Source: an uncultured Rhodospirillales bacterium (GTDB taxonomy: Bacteria; Pseudomonadota; Alphaproteobacteria; Azospirillales; Azospirillaceae). From it: a stretch of DNA of 64,000 bases. The notes beneath the pieces are model-generated. The model saw nothing but the letters and a program-made list of their open reading frames with translations. It ran no database searches and was not told the DNA's origin. Positions 1-8,700 of this stretch are shown piece by piece. Each line of letters begins with the position of its first letter. The stretch's first letter is position 1. The position numbers and the translations under genes are program-made. The DNA lies in NCBI GenBank assembly GCA_903920145.1, contig CAIXKV010000069.1, positions 5,509-69,508 on the forward strand. Reading direction: 5' to 3'.

Positions 1-3000
1 TGCTCGATTGCCTCTGGAACAAATCCAAAACGATCAAGAAGTGCTAACTTTTGTTCCCGCGTCAAGTCGATCAACATACTTCCACCCAACGGAGGAAGGT
101 TAAACTGAGTTCTTGCCAAATTATAATACATCCCTTTATAATTCATTTCCTTAATATATAAGGGATCAATTAATTGATGATGCGTCCCTTGTTCTTGTAC
201 GATACCATCCCGAATGAAGCAGATTCGATCTGAATTCATGATCGTCGTCAAACGGTGAGCAATCGAAATCGAAGTTCGTCCAGGCAAAACCTTTTCTTTA
301 AGCTGCTTGATGATCAATTCTTCAGTCTGATTATCAAGCGCGCTGGTGGCCTCGTCAAAGATCATGATCCGTGGCCGACGATAAAGGGCTCGAGCAATAC
401 AAATTCGCTGCCGTTGACCACCCGACAAAGCTTGTCCCTTTTCACCAATCGGCGTCTGATAGCCCAAGGGTAATTTCAAGATAAATTCCTCGGCTCCGGC
501 CAAACGCGCCACTTCCTGCACCGTATGCATATCCGGTTCAGGATCACCAAAGGCGATATTCTCGGCAACCGAACCGGCAAACAGGAAGCTATCTTGAAGC
601 ACAACGCCGATATTCCGCCGCAAAGAGGCAATATCCATCTGATTGATACTCACCCCGTCGATGGTGACTTCGCCTCTCTGGGGGATATTGAAGCCCAAGA
701 TCATCTTGGCAATGGTGCTTTTCCCACACCCCGCCGGCCCGACAAACGCCACCCGTTCACCGGGACTGATCGAGAGGTTGAAATCCTGCATGATATTCAT
801 GGTGTCCTTGCCAGCCCGATAGCTGAAGAACACGCCCCGAAAATCGATCTTGCCTTCGAGCTGTCCCACCGCTTTACGCATCCGACCCGGAGTGGTGGCC
901 ACTTCATCTTCGGGTTCCTTATCGAGAAACTCCGCAACCCGATCCACCGAAATACGCACCTCTTGAAGTTGACTCCACAGATTCACCATTTGCAACACTG
1001 GATTGGTGACAAGCCCCATCAACATCTGGAACCCCATCAACTCACCAACCGTCATCTGGTTGCCGATCACCAAGCTGGCTCCAACCCACAAGACCGTCGT
1101 GGTCATACCCAAGATCGCTAACTGGAAAACGCTCGAATTCATCAAGGACAGACGTTGCTGATGAAATCCACGATTTACATTTTCAACAAAAGCATTTTCC
1201 CAACGGGCCCGCGCAAAATATTCATTACTCGTTGCCTTGATTGGTTCAATTCCGTTTAACGCCTCAATCAAAGCCGACTGCGCTTGGGTATTCGAAAGAA
1301 ATATCTCCTGCGATATTTTCTTTAATCGTGGCGTAAAATACATCACAATTGCGATAAAAATAGGCAAGAATACAATCACAATGATTGATAATGTTGCACT
1401 ATAGGCAAACATCATGAAGAAGTAGATGACAAGCATGAGCACATTCATCACGGTCGTGATCGTTGATCCGGTCAAAATGTGTCGTATTTTTTGATTTTCG
1501 CCAAAACGAGAGAGAATTTCGCCCTTATTCACCCCCATGAAAAAAGACATCGGCAGACTCAGAACATGGCGATAGAATTCCGCCATGAGGCGCATATCCA
1601 GTCGGGTGGTGGTATGGGCCAGCAAAAGAGACTGGATGACCGTCATACCCGTGGTTAATATGGCCACGAGCACCATACCAGCCAACATCATATTCAAAAG
1701 ACTGACATCTTTGTGAACAATAACCGTATCAACAATTGTCTGTGTAAATAATGGTGAAGCTAAACCCAAAATATTAATAACCAGAGCAGCCAAAATCGCT
1801 TCGGCAAAATATCCTTTATAGGGCATGATATAAGATATAAAATAGCTTAACGGATTTTTTTGCTTGATACCTTCCGTTTCAAAGCGTTGAGTCGGCTCCA
1901 ATGCAATAAAAACACCCGCATCCGAACGTTTGTCGGTGACCCCACGCACACTCGCGGCGGTCCACATTTTTATAAATTCGTCTTTAGCAATTCGACGAAC
2001 TTTACTTTCACGTGGATCTGCGATCTGAACTTCGCGTTCACCAACCTTGACCAACACCGCGAAGTGATAACCCTCGAGACTGATGATGCCGGGGAGCAAC
2101 GCAGTCTTAAGATCATCATATCGCAATGCGTAGCCTTTGGAGCGAAAACCAAGGTTTTCTGCACCACGGATGACATCATCGATGTTTAAAGTGGTACTTT
2201 CGAGACCCGTTTTAGCCTTAATCGCATTCAACGGGAATTGACGACCATGATAATTAATAATCATAGTCAAGCATGCCGCTACATTATCAGCCTCTCGTTC
2301 CTGCTTAACCACTTTAAACTTAACAGATTCTTCAGCAACTTTTGAACGAGAACGAAATTCTTCTTCTGTGATCGAGTCAGCAAGCTGAATGCGCTGGTCG
2401 ACACCTTCAGTTCTCTGACGTATACTTAATTCATCCTGTTCATAGCGCTCCAGTTCGCGAATCCGACCTCGGAGCTGTTCGGCTAATTCAGGATTCAATT
2501 CGAGTAATTTTTTGACCGTGGCCTGGTAAATCACCAGCACCGTGACTTCAGTTACCGCCCGTGCCGTATGAGGCTGGTTGCCAGTGGTATCGAGACGCAG
2601 AATCGCCCCACCTTCACCAATCAAAGAGCCGCGACCAACCCGACCAAACGAAATGGCTTCGCCCGAAAGAGGCTGGCGAACCAGCTCAACAGTTCCGCTT
2701 TCAATGTAATAAAGACGAGGATCGTTATCGCCCTGATTGAAAACAGCACCATCGGCCTTGATTCTTTTCACCCCGAGTTCACCAACCATTTGGGTGAAAT
2801 TCTCAGGGGTATATTTGGCTCGGCCAAGCAGGGTTCTTAACCGCTCACCGACTTTAACCAAACCGACAAAGCGTTTGAAATGCTCTTCGACAATCCGATC
2901 TTGACTGATCAGTCCTCGCGCTTCGCGAGCTGGCAATACGATCATCTCCACCGGACCTTCGGTGACGAGATCATGAGTCCAATCGCTATCCCCTAGCAGC

Positions 3001-3293
3001 GACATTTCCCCCAACGTCGCGCCGTCGGTGACAACACCAACGCTGACCAGTTTGTCGCTGGCCTCCTGCTTGAGACGAACGCGGCCATTATAAACAATAT
3101 ACATACCGTCGATGGGCTGACCCTGACGACAAATATGGCTGTTGGCGGCGTAACGACGCACTTCCAGCATAGGTTCCAGCAGGCGCTTTTCAGCAAGCGG
3201 CAGGACGCTAAACATAACGTGGGTCTGAAGCACGTAGCGCACCGCTTCAATCGCCGCGTTGTTGGTCACCCGTTCAAGATTGGCCTTTTGCAT
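1..3293 (-). CDS. ABC exporter (type I secretion / bacteriocin-exporter class) with two N-terminal cyclic-nucleotide-binding-like domains and a C39-peptidase-like domain; 3' end runs off the window
   Basis: Absent from the ORF track (no stop in the window). My translation of the minus strand from ATG at 3293 stays open to base 1, and the frame is consistent at both ends. Seen: two cNMP-binding-like segments, QEREADNVAACLTMIINYHG...GYHFAVLV (C39-like), a multi-TM region, Walker A GPAGCGKST, signature LSGGQRQRICIARA, Walker B IMIFDEATSALD. The ORF continues about 35 codons past the usual NBD end. Plus-strand ORFs 255..473 and 525..1121 are its antisense shadows. Confidence 0.85.
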   Translation of the reverse strand, partial: MQKANLERVTNNAAIEAVRYVLQTHVMFSVLPLAEKRLLEPMLEVRRYAANSHICRQGQPIDGMYIVYNGRVRLKQEASDKLVSVGVVTDGATLGEMSLLGDSDWTHDLVTEGPVEMIVLPAREARGLISQDRIVEEHFKRFVGLVKVGERLRTLLGRAKYTPENFTQMVGELGVKRIKADGAVFNQGDNDPRLYYIESGTVELVRQPLSGEAISFGRVGRGSLIGEGGAILRLDTTGNQPHTARAVTEVTVLVIYQATVKKLLELNPELAEQLRGRIRELERYEQDELSIRQRTEGVDQRIQLADSITEEEFRSRSKVAEESVKFKVVKQEREADNVAACLTMIINYHGRQFPLNAIKAKTGLESTTLNIDDVIRGAENLGFRSKGYALRYDDLKTALLPGIISLEGYHFAVLVKVGEREVQIADPRESKVRRIAKDEFIKMWTAASVRGVTDKRSDAGVFIALEPTQRFETEGIKQKNPLSYFISYIMPYKGYFAEAILAALVINILGLASPLFTQTIVDTVIVHKDVSLLNMMLAGMVLVAILTTGMTVIQSLLLAHTTTRLDMRLMAEFYRHVLSLPMSFFMGVNKGEILSRFGENQKIRHILTGSTITTVMNVLMLVIYFFMMFAYSATLSIIVIVFLPIFIAIVMYFTPRLKKISQEIFLSNTQAQSALIEALNGIEPIKATSNEYFARARWENAFVENVNRGFHQQRLSLMNSSVFQLAILGMTTTVLWVGASLVIGNQMTVGELMGFQMLMGLVTNPVLQMVNLWSQLQEVRISVDRVAEFLDKEPEDEVATTPGRMRKAVGQLEGKIDFRGVFFSYRAGKDTMNIMQDFNLSISPGERVAFVGPAGCGKSTIAKMILGFNIPQRGEVTIDGVSINQMDIASLRRNIGVVLQDSFLFAGSVAENIAFGDPEPDMHTVQEVARLAGAEEFILKLPLGYQTPIGEKGQALSGGQRQRICIARALYRRPRIMIFDEATSALDNQTEELIIKQLKEKVLPGRTSISIAHRLTTIMNSDRICFIRDGIVQEQGTHHQLIDPLYIKEMNYKGMYYNLARTQFNLPPLGGSMLIDLTREQKLALLDRFGFVPEAIE

Positions 3294-3330
3294 CTGAGCA
3301 TGTCCCTGGCTTCGATCCGGCGATGGGGGT

Positions 3331-4695
3331 TCAAGTCTTGGGCGTATTCGACGCCGCTGGGGCCGGGGCCTCGGAAGGAGGTTCGGCTTGGAAGAATTTT
3401 GATGCGGGCGAGAACAGAAGTTCGATGAATCGCTTATCCCCGGTCTTAATCTCGGCTAAACCAGTCAATCCAATCTCCAAAGACTTGACCGGATCTCCTT
3501 GCCGCACAGGTTGACGCTGGACGGTTTCAGATGCCAGACCAACCTTGACTACGAACAAATTAGCCTCACCAGGCGCAGAGCTTGGACGAACGCTAATATC
3601 TGATATCGAACCTCTTTGAATTCCATATTCTTGAAAAGGATAGGCAAAATATTTTATTTTGACCTCTTGCCCAACTTTCAAAAGACCAATATCTTTATTT
3701 TGAACTAAAATTCTAGCTTCCAGTGGCGCCGAATTTTTAACAATTGTAACCAATGGGGCCCCAGGATTGACCAGTTGACCACGTTGAACATGCACAGTCG
3801 TAACAATACCATCAACTGTACTGGAATAATGAGCATGATCCTGCTCATAACGAACACCTGCCACCAAAGTCTGGGCTTGGTGTTGACGATCTTTTAAATC
3901 CTGAATTCGTTCATTAATTTGTTTAACTTCAGTTTCATGATCATCTCTTGCTTTATCAATATCTCGACTCATTCTGTCTAATGTACTTTGGTCACCTTGT
4001 TGTTGCTTGTCACGTTGAGCTGTTTTTAATGAAACTTTTATGTTTTCAATATCAGACTGGGCATTATCGGCGGCCCTTTGTAAATCATCACATTTTGAGC
4101 TGGGAATATCACGACTAGCGCATAAAGGACGATACCGTGCCAAATCATGAAGAACATTATCATGATTACGCTGTGCTGAATTCAGTTGATTTGTTAACTG
4201 ATCAATACGATCATCTAGAGATCCTTTCCCAGTCGTTAATCGTAGCCGTAATTCATCTCTAGATGATTCAAGCTGATGACTTCTATAATCATAGTCACGA
4301 TTTACTGTACTTAGTCGATCTTCGTAATCCCGAATCTGGTGCTCTAAGGCTTCCTGTTCTGGCGTCGAAGCCGCCCGGATCTTTTCTTGAATCGTCGCGA
4401 CCGGGTTTCCCTGGCTAACCGCACTGTTTTCGCTGACATCCAGACTTTCGACCTGACCACCATTGATGGCTTCAACCGTCACCGTCTGGCGCTGCAAGGT
4501 CAAAGGCGCTACCACCAAAGTATCGGTGGTAGCCACAAAAGAGTAAAATAGCATACAAAACACAGTGATAAACATAAAGTAAATTGGCCCACGCAAAATA
4601 AACTTGGGCGCGCTATACAACAATGTTGCCGCTTTAATTGGATGCCGGACCTCGACGGCGATATTTTTAGCTTGCTGAGTGGTCTTCTTTGCCAT
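3331..4695 (-). CDS. HlyD-family membrane fusion (periplasmic adaptor) protein
   Basis: N-terminal TM helix, a long charged coiled-coil middle, and a C-terminal barrel-like region (GIVTTVHVQRGQLVNPGAPLVTIV ... VKIKYFAYPFQEYG). Sits directly upstream of the ABC exporter on the same strand. Confidence 0.85.
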   Translation of the reverse strand: MAKKTTQQAKNIAVEVRHPIKAATLLYSAPKFILRGPIYFMFITVFCMLFYSFVATTDTLVVAPLTLQRQTVTVEAINGGQVESLDVSENSAVSQGNPVATIQEKIRAASTPEQEALEHQIRDYEDRLSTVNRDYDYRSHQLESSRDELRLRLTTGKGSLDDRIDQLTNQLNSAQRNHDNVLHDLARYRPLCASRDIPSSKCDDLQRAADNAQSDIENIKVSLKTAQRDKQQQGDQSTLDRMSRDIDKARDDHETEVKQINERIQDLKDRQHQAQTLVAGVRYEQDHAHYSSTVDGIVTTVHVQRGQLVNPGAPLVTIVKNSAPLEARILVQNKDIGLLKVGQEVKIKYFAYPFQEYGIQRGSISDISVRPSSAPGEANLFVVKVGLASETVQRQPVRQGDPVKSLEIGLTGLAEIKTGDKRFIELLFSPASKFFQAEPPSEAPAPAASNTPKT

Positions 4696-4789
4696 GGCGA
4701 TCTCTCAAACTGGAAGGAATTTTGTCTCTTCTATTTGACGCTTGGGGTTCTTTCTAGATCAAAAACGTTACCACACGAACCAACTTCAA

Positions 4790-5539
4790 TCATGCGGGAA
4801 CGGTACAAACCTGCTCCTTCAGCCATTCATTGAAAATTTGATCTCTAATAATATTTTTAAGTGAGTCTGTTAGTTTTGGCACATTAACTGCGTATATTTT
4901 ATAAACGGTCCACAATGAATTTTCACGAAATGGGCCTATAACCATATTATCAACGCTTTCAAAAGCTTTTTTATCAACTTCTAAAGGCAAAATACCCTTT
5001 TTAACATTACCTATATAACCTCCGGCAAGTCTTGTACTTTCATCAACTGAAAAACAACGAGCCAATTCAACAAAATCTTGCTGGTTTCCCCGTGCCGCCG
5101 CCAAAACCCGTTCGGCTTCATCTCGCGTTCGGCAAGCGATGCGAGCAACAGATACTGAAGCAAAGCGCAACGGTTCGCGACGATAAAATTCTGTAATCTT
5201 ACGCGCTGTAACCAAATGCTGCTTCAGGGCATCCCGAATCACTTCGGTACGAATCGTTTCGTACCACTGTACATCTGATATTCCATAGTAATTGAGATAT
5301 TTCTCAAAAAATTCTGGCCGATCAATACCTAAAGAAATTTTACATGATTTCGCTTTCTTCTCTACATTTTGCTCATCAAGGATTAATCCGAGTTCTTTAA
5401 ATTGCAATTTAAGCACTTTTTGTTCAATCAATTCATAGATTGATGTCCGAAATATACCTTTTAATTTCATATGAACAATCACATCACTGGTGCGAATGGT
5501 CTCGCCTTTAACTGTTGTCACCACCGCTTCAGGCTGCAT
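4790..5539 (-). CDS. parvulin/SurA-like peptidyl-prolyl isomerase
   Basis: C-terminal parvulin-like pattern (DEAERVLAAARGNQQDFVELARCFSVDESTRLAGGYIGNVKKG...GPF...WTVYKI). The ORF extends to 5557, but the ATG at 5539 is preceded by AAGGGA, so I prefer it as the start. Confidence 0.6.
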   Translation of the reverse strand: MQPEAVVTTVKGETIRTSDVIVHMKLKGIFRTSIYELIEQKVLKLQFKELGLILDEQNVEKKAKSCKISLGIDRPEFFEKYLNYYGISDVQWYETIRTEVIRDALKQHLVTARKITEFYRREPLRFASVSVARIACRTRDEAERVLAAARGNQQDFVELARCFSVDESTRLAGGYIGNVKKGILPLEVDKKAFESVDNMVIGPFRENSLWTVYKIYAVNVPKLTDSLKNIIRDQIFNEWLKEQVCTVPA

Positions 5540-5789
5540 GATCAATCCCTTCAGCATTTGGGTTTGACACCAAGAAGCCTATCCGTCCAAATCCAGCGAT
5601 GGCGGATCGGGACGGCCAAACCAATTTCAGCTTGAGGCCTGAATGTGTCACGGAACCTCTCGGGCACCGGTTGCGAAAATGTTTCTGCACAGCGGCGAAA
5701 AACCATAAGGACAAGGGCGTTGCATCCACACCATACACCAAATCGGAATAACACGACATCATATGATCAAAGGGCACTCTAGATTATTG

Positions 5790-5805
5790 CGCAATCGCCG
5801 GCCCG
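5790..5805 (-). promoter_or_regulatory. weak candidate sigma-54 -24/-12 element facing the PPIase-HlyD-ABC operon
   Basis: The minus strand reads CGGGCCG-GCGA-TTGCG against the consensus TGGCACG-N4-TTGCW. The GG and GC dinucleotides have the correct spacing but three other positions mismatch. The GC-rich context makes a chance match plausible. Confidence 0.2.
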
Positions 5806-5915
5806 CCGCTCGACCCTACTATCGACATCCTGCCATCCTGAAGACCGGAGTTGACGCCAGATAGGGGCCCGTGCCGTGATGGGCAGGCGAAACGGCAGAA
5901 AGGCGTGCGAAAACC

Positions 5916-7199
5916 ATGGAAGATGACTACCGTCAACCGAGTCCTTACATCACCGGCGGAGCCCTCGGAGTCTTTTCCAGCAGTGCCGATGAACACATCA
6001 ATGAATGTATCGCCCGAATCGAAACCTTAAAACTCAAGGTGTTGGGGGATTGGCGGATGGAGAGCGCCGACCGCGCTGAATTCTTGGCTGAACTCAATAC
6101 ATTACGAGCCGCCTACCTACATCTGTGTACACTAGCTGGGAGTTCAGGCTCCGCCAACACTGATACCAACGCAGCACCGTTACGAGAGACCAGCCGCGCG
6201 GGCCTTTCATTCGAGGGCGTGTTAGGTGCCAACCCGCAAATCACCGAAAGCCTCGACCGCATCGCGCGAATCGCCCCAACTCCCCTAACGGTTCTGCTGG
6301 AGGGCGAAACTGGATCAGGAAAAGAGTTGTTTGCTCGAATAATTCATCTTAATAGTAAAAGAACAAATTTTGTTCCCGTAAATTGCGGCGCTCTGCCATC
6401 GGGGGTAATAGAATCTGAATTATTTGGTCACGTAAAAGGTGCTTTTACCGGGGCCACTGCCGATCGTAAAGGGCGATTCGAAGAAGCCGACGGGGGAACC
6501 ATCTTTTTAGATGAAATCGGGGAACTCGAACCGATAGCCCAAGTAAAATTATTAAGGACTTTAGATGTTGGCGAAATTCAGCGAGTTGGATCAGATAAAG
6601 TTCAAAAAGTTAATGTAAGAGTCATCGCAGCGACCAATCGCAATCTTGAAGAAATGGTTGCAGATCATAAATTTAGAGAAGATTTATTTTTTAGATTAAA
6701 TATTTGTCATTTTTTAATTCCTCCATTAAGAGAACGTCGCGATGAAATTTTATTATTATTTGATTTTTTTGTTCGAAAAATTAGCGCCGATGCGAATTTG
6801 CCAATTCCAACTCTTGATAGTAACTTGCACAAATTTTTTGTTGAAACCTATCCATTTCCAGGGAATATTCGAGAGCTCAAAAATATAGCTCAGTATATTG
6901 TTGCTATTTACAATGGCCAACCTGTTCGGATTGGAGACCTTCCTAAACGGTACACTGAGGCTTGGCATAAACATCAGTCAGCACCCATTTTAACTTCTAT
7001 CGCCACCGAAAAAGACGTCGTTCATAGTCTTGGTGATGCTCGCTTGCGTGCTGAACGTCAACACTTGGTCGATGCCTTAACTCTTCATAAGGGCGATATT
7101 CAAACCGTATGCCGAGAATTCAACCTATCTCGGGCTCGTATCTATCAACTTCTCAAAAAATACGATCTCCAACCCCATCGCTTTCGACTTAATCCGTAG
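5916..7199 (+). CDS. sigma-54-dependent transcriptional activator (bacterial enhancer-binding protein) lacking a recognisable N-terminal sensor/receiver domain
   Basis: AAA+ sigma-54 interaction module: Walker A GETGSGKE, ESELFGH, GAFTGA loop, Walker B IFLDEIGEL. C-terminal Fis-type HTH (NLSRARIYQLLKKYDL). Only about 125 aa precede the AAA+ domain, with no REC/PAS/GAF motifs seen. Confidence 0.9.
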   Translation: MEDDYRQPSPYITGGALGVFSSSADEHINECIARIETLKLKVLGDWRMESADRAEFLAELNTLRAAYLHLCTLAGSSGSANTDTNAAPLRETSRAGLSFEGVLGANPQITESLDRIARIAPTPLTVLLEGETGSGKELFARIIHLNSKRTNFVPVNCGALPSGVIESELFGHVKGAFTGATADRKGRFEEADGGTIFLDEIGELEPIAQVKLLRTLDVGEIQRVGSDKVQKVNVRVIAATNRNLEEMVADHKFREDLFFRLNICHFLIPPLRERRDEILLLFDFFVRKISADANLPIPTLDSNLHKFFVETYPFPGNIRELKNIAQYIVAIYNGQPVRIGDLPKRYTEAWHKHQSAPILTSIATEKDVVHSLGDARLRAERQHLVDALTLHKGDIQTVCREFNLSRARIYQLLKKYDLQPHRFRLNP

Positions 7200-7282
7200 A
7201 ATTTCGCGCCTGTATCCTCGGCTTTGGGCACATGAACAAAGCCGGACTACGGGTCTCAGCCGGTATGAGTCCGATCCTATAA

Positions 7283-7314
7283 AGCGCCCATGGGTGCTCT
7301 CGCCCCTGGGCGCT
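7283..7314. terminator. hairpin between convergent genes (possible bidirectional terminator)
   Basis: AGCGCCCATGGG / CCCCTGGGCGCT form a 12-bp stem with one mismatch and an 8-nt loop. T-rich sequence follows on the plus strand, and TTTAT follows on the minus strand. Confidence 0.5.
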
Positions 7315-7329
7315 CTGTCTTAAAAGTTT

Positions 7330-7569
7330 TTACATGCGCTCTTGCGGCGGAATCCGCTCTTCAGGCGGCACTTGATGGTGGTTCCAACCGATAACGTTAA
7401 GAGCGGCGGTGAGTTCGCCGATCTGTCCACCAAGTCCGGATGATGTGGAGGTTTCAGCGGTTTGTGCCGGTGCATTCTGGAAATGGGCTTGCAACGGCGG
7501 CACAGAGTGATTGATGACCTTTGCCGTATTGCGAACACACCCATTATGAGTGGCGAATGTCGTTTCCAT
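7330..7569 (-). CDS. small hypothetical protein (79 aa from the internal METT start), candidate exported peptide with an internal Gly-Gly
   Basis: ORF 7330..7605. GAGGG lies just upstream of the ATG at 7569 and a terminator hairpin lies just downstream of the stop. Sequence METTFATHNG...TSTSSGLGG|QIGELTAALNVIGWNHH... No recognisable family. Confidence 0.3.
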   Translation of the reverse strand: METTFATHNGCVRNTAKVINHSVPPLQAHFQNAPAQTAETSTSSGLGGQIGELTAALNVIGWNHHQVPPEERIPPQERM

Positions 7570-8079
7570 AACCCTCAAAAGTCCTCTCATCTGACCATCC
7601 CGCACTCTGGCGAGATCGATAGCGATCCTGTCTATCGCCTTGACAGACTCGGATCGAAGTTTAAAGCAATCAGCTTAACGGCAGATATTACCCGCCGCGA
7701 GGCCCTCATACTCCGCTTCGATGGGCTTGTCATCGCTTCTGGTCGTGTCTTATAAAATTCATTCTGACCGTGTCATCTTATTACCACTTCAAAATGAACA
7801 CAGTTATTTTTGTCGCGAACGAAAATGACCTTTCTCATCAGCCTTCATCAGACCGTTATTTTCCTTTTTGAGAAAATTATAAGCTCAGTGATACGAGCAC
7901 GCTTTAGCAATAAGACAAGCGCCTCTCAGACTGTGTTGCACCACCGCACGCCCACGGGTGCCGAAGCCAAGGCGCCAATATTCCTTTGACCACCGAGGAA
8001 CCTCGACAACATCCTTAGAAGCTCAGAGAGCTAAAGAGCCAAGCCCTCTGCGGGAAGTCACAACATTTACAAATGCAAT

Positions 8080-8580
8080 TTAAGTCTTAAGTATATTTTT
8101 AGAAGCTATAGCTAGAGATTTTTCCAATTCGCTACGATCATCATCAATTTGCGCCATATATAATTTAATATTAGTAATAGTTGATTTTAATTTACTTTGA
8201 CGTTTACGAATCGTATGTAATATTTTTAGTGTTATCAAGTCACTTGGAGATTTTGGCGAAAAACGTCCAATAACACCAACAAATTCCAAGACCATCAAAA
8301 GCGCTAATAGACCGCTTATGACTAATAAAATAATGACATATTGTTCAGTTTGACGAGTTCGATGATCAGCTTTATCCAATTCACCGCCGACTGTTTCAAT
8401 TTTATTATCAACTTTCTGCACTTCATATCCCGTAGTTTTGACCAAAGCAACCACACCAGAAAGCTCAGAGGTTGACGGCGAGGTGATTGCTTGTCCGAAG
8501 CTGGGCGTTGATAGACCAAGACAGACCCAAAGCGCTACCGAGACCACGGGCGCTAACTTTAGTGAATCACCTTTGGGCAT
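8080..8580 (-). CDS. hypothetical signal-peptide / single-TM coiled-coil protein
   Basis: N-terminal signal-like LAPVVSVALWVCLGLSTPSFGQA, an internal TM segment YVIILLVISGLLALLMVLEFVGVIG, and charged helical flanks. Lies downstream of the AMIN-Sel1 gene on the same strand. Confidence 0.45.
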   Translation of the reverse strand: MPKGDSLKLAPVVSVALWVCLGLSTPSFGQAITSPSTSELSGVVALVKTTGYEVQKVDNKIETVGGELDKADHRTRQTEQYVIILLVISGLLALLMVLEFVGVIGRFSPKSPSDLITLKILHTIRKRQSKLKSTITNIKLYMAQIDDDRSELEKSLAIASKNILKT

Positions 8581-8700
8581 AATGGTTTCCCTTTCTTAGT
8601 CGTTGGTTTCGTTAATGGGCAACGGCTTTGCCGATACCGGCCCTTCCGGTATCACGTTGTTCCCGATCTCACAAGTCTGCGACGGCCAAGTTGAAGGCAA

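Noticed and set aside
255-1121. Plus-strand ORFs 255..473 and 525..1121 (72 and 198 aa)
   Set aside because: They lie antisense to the clearly recognisable NBD (Walker A/B, LSGGQ) of the minus-strand ABC exporter and have no motifs of their own. They are shadow ORFs.
5660-5680. GGCACCGGTTGC on the plus strand as a sigma-54 promoter
   Set aside because: The GG-to-GC spacing is 8 nt rather than 10, and it points away from any suitable target start. Not a valid -24/-12 element.
5529-5777. ORFs 5529..5777 and 5551..5754 as candidate precursor peptides upstream of the PPIase/HlyD/ABC operon
   Set aside because: They have no RBS, no leader-like or Gly-Gly motif, and they overlap each other and the PPIase start. 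More likely this is 5' UTR.
7570-8080. Sigma-54 promoter or structured RNA upstream of the small ORF / in the 7760-8080 gap
   Set aside because: I scanned by eye for GC-N10-CC (reverse-complement) patterns with TTGC/TGGCAC context. Only off-by-one spacings were found, with no convincing hairpins or conserved RNA motifs.
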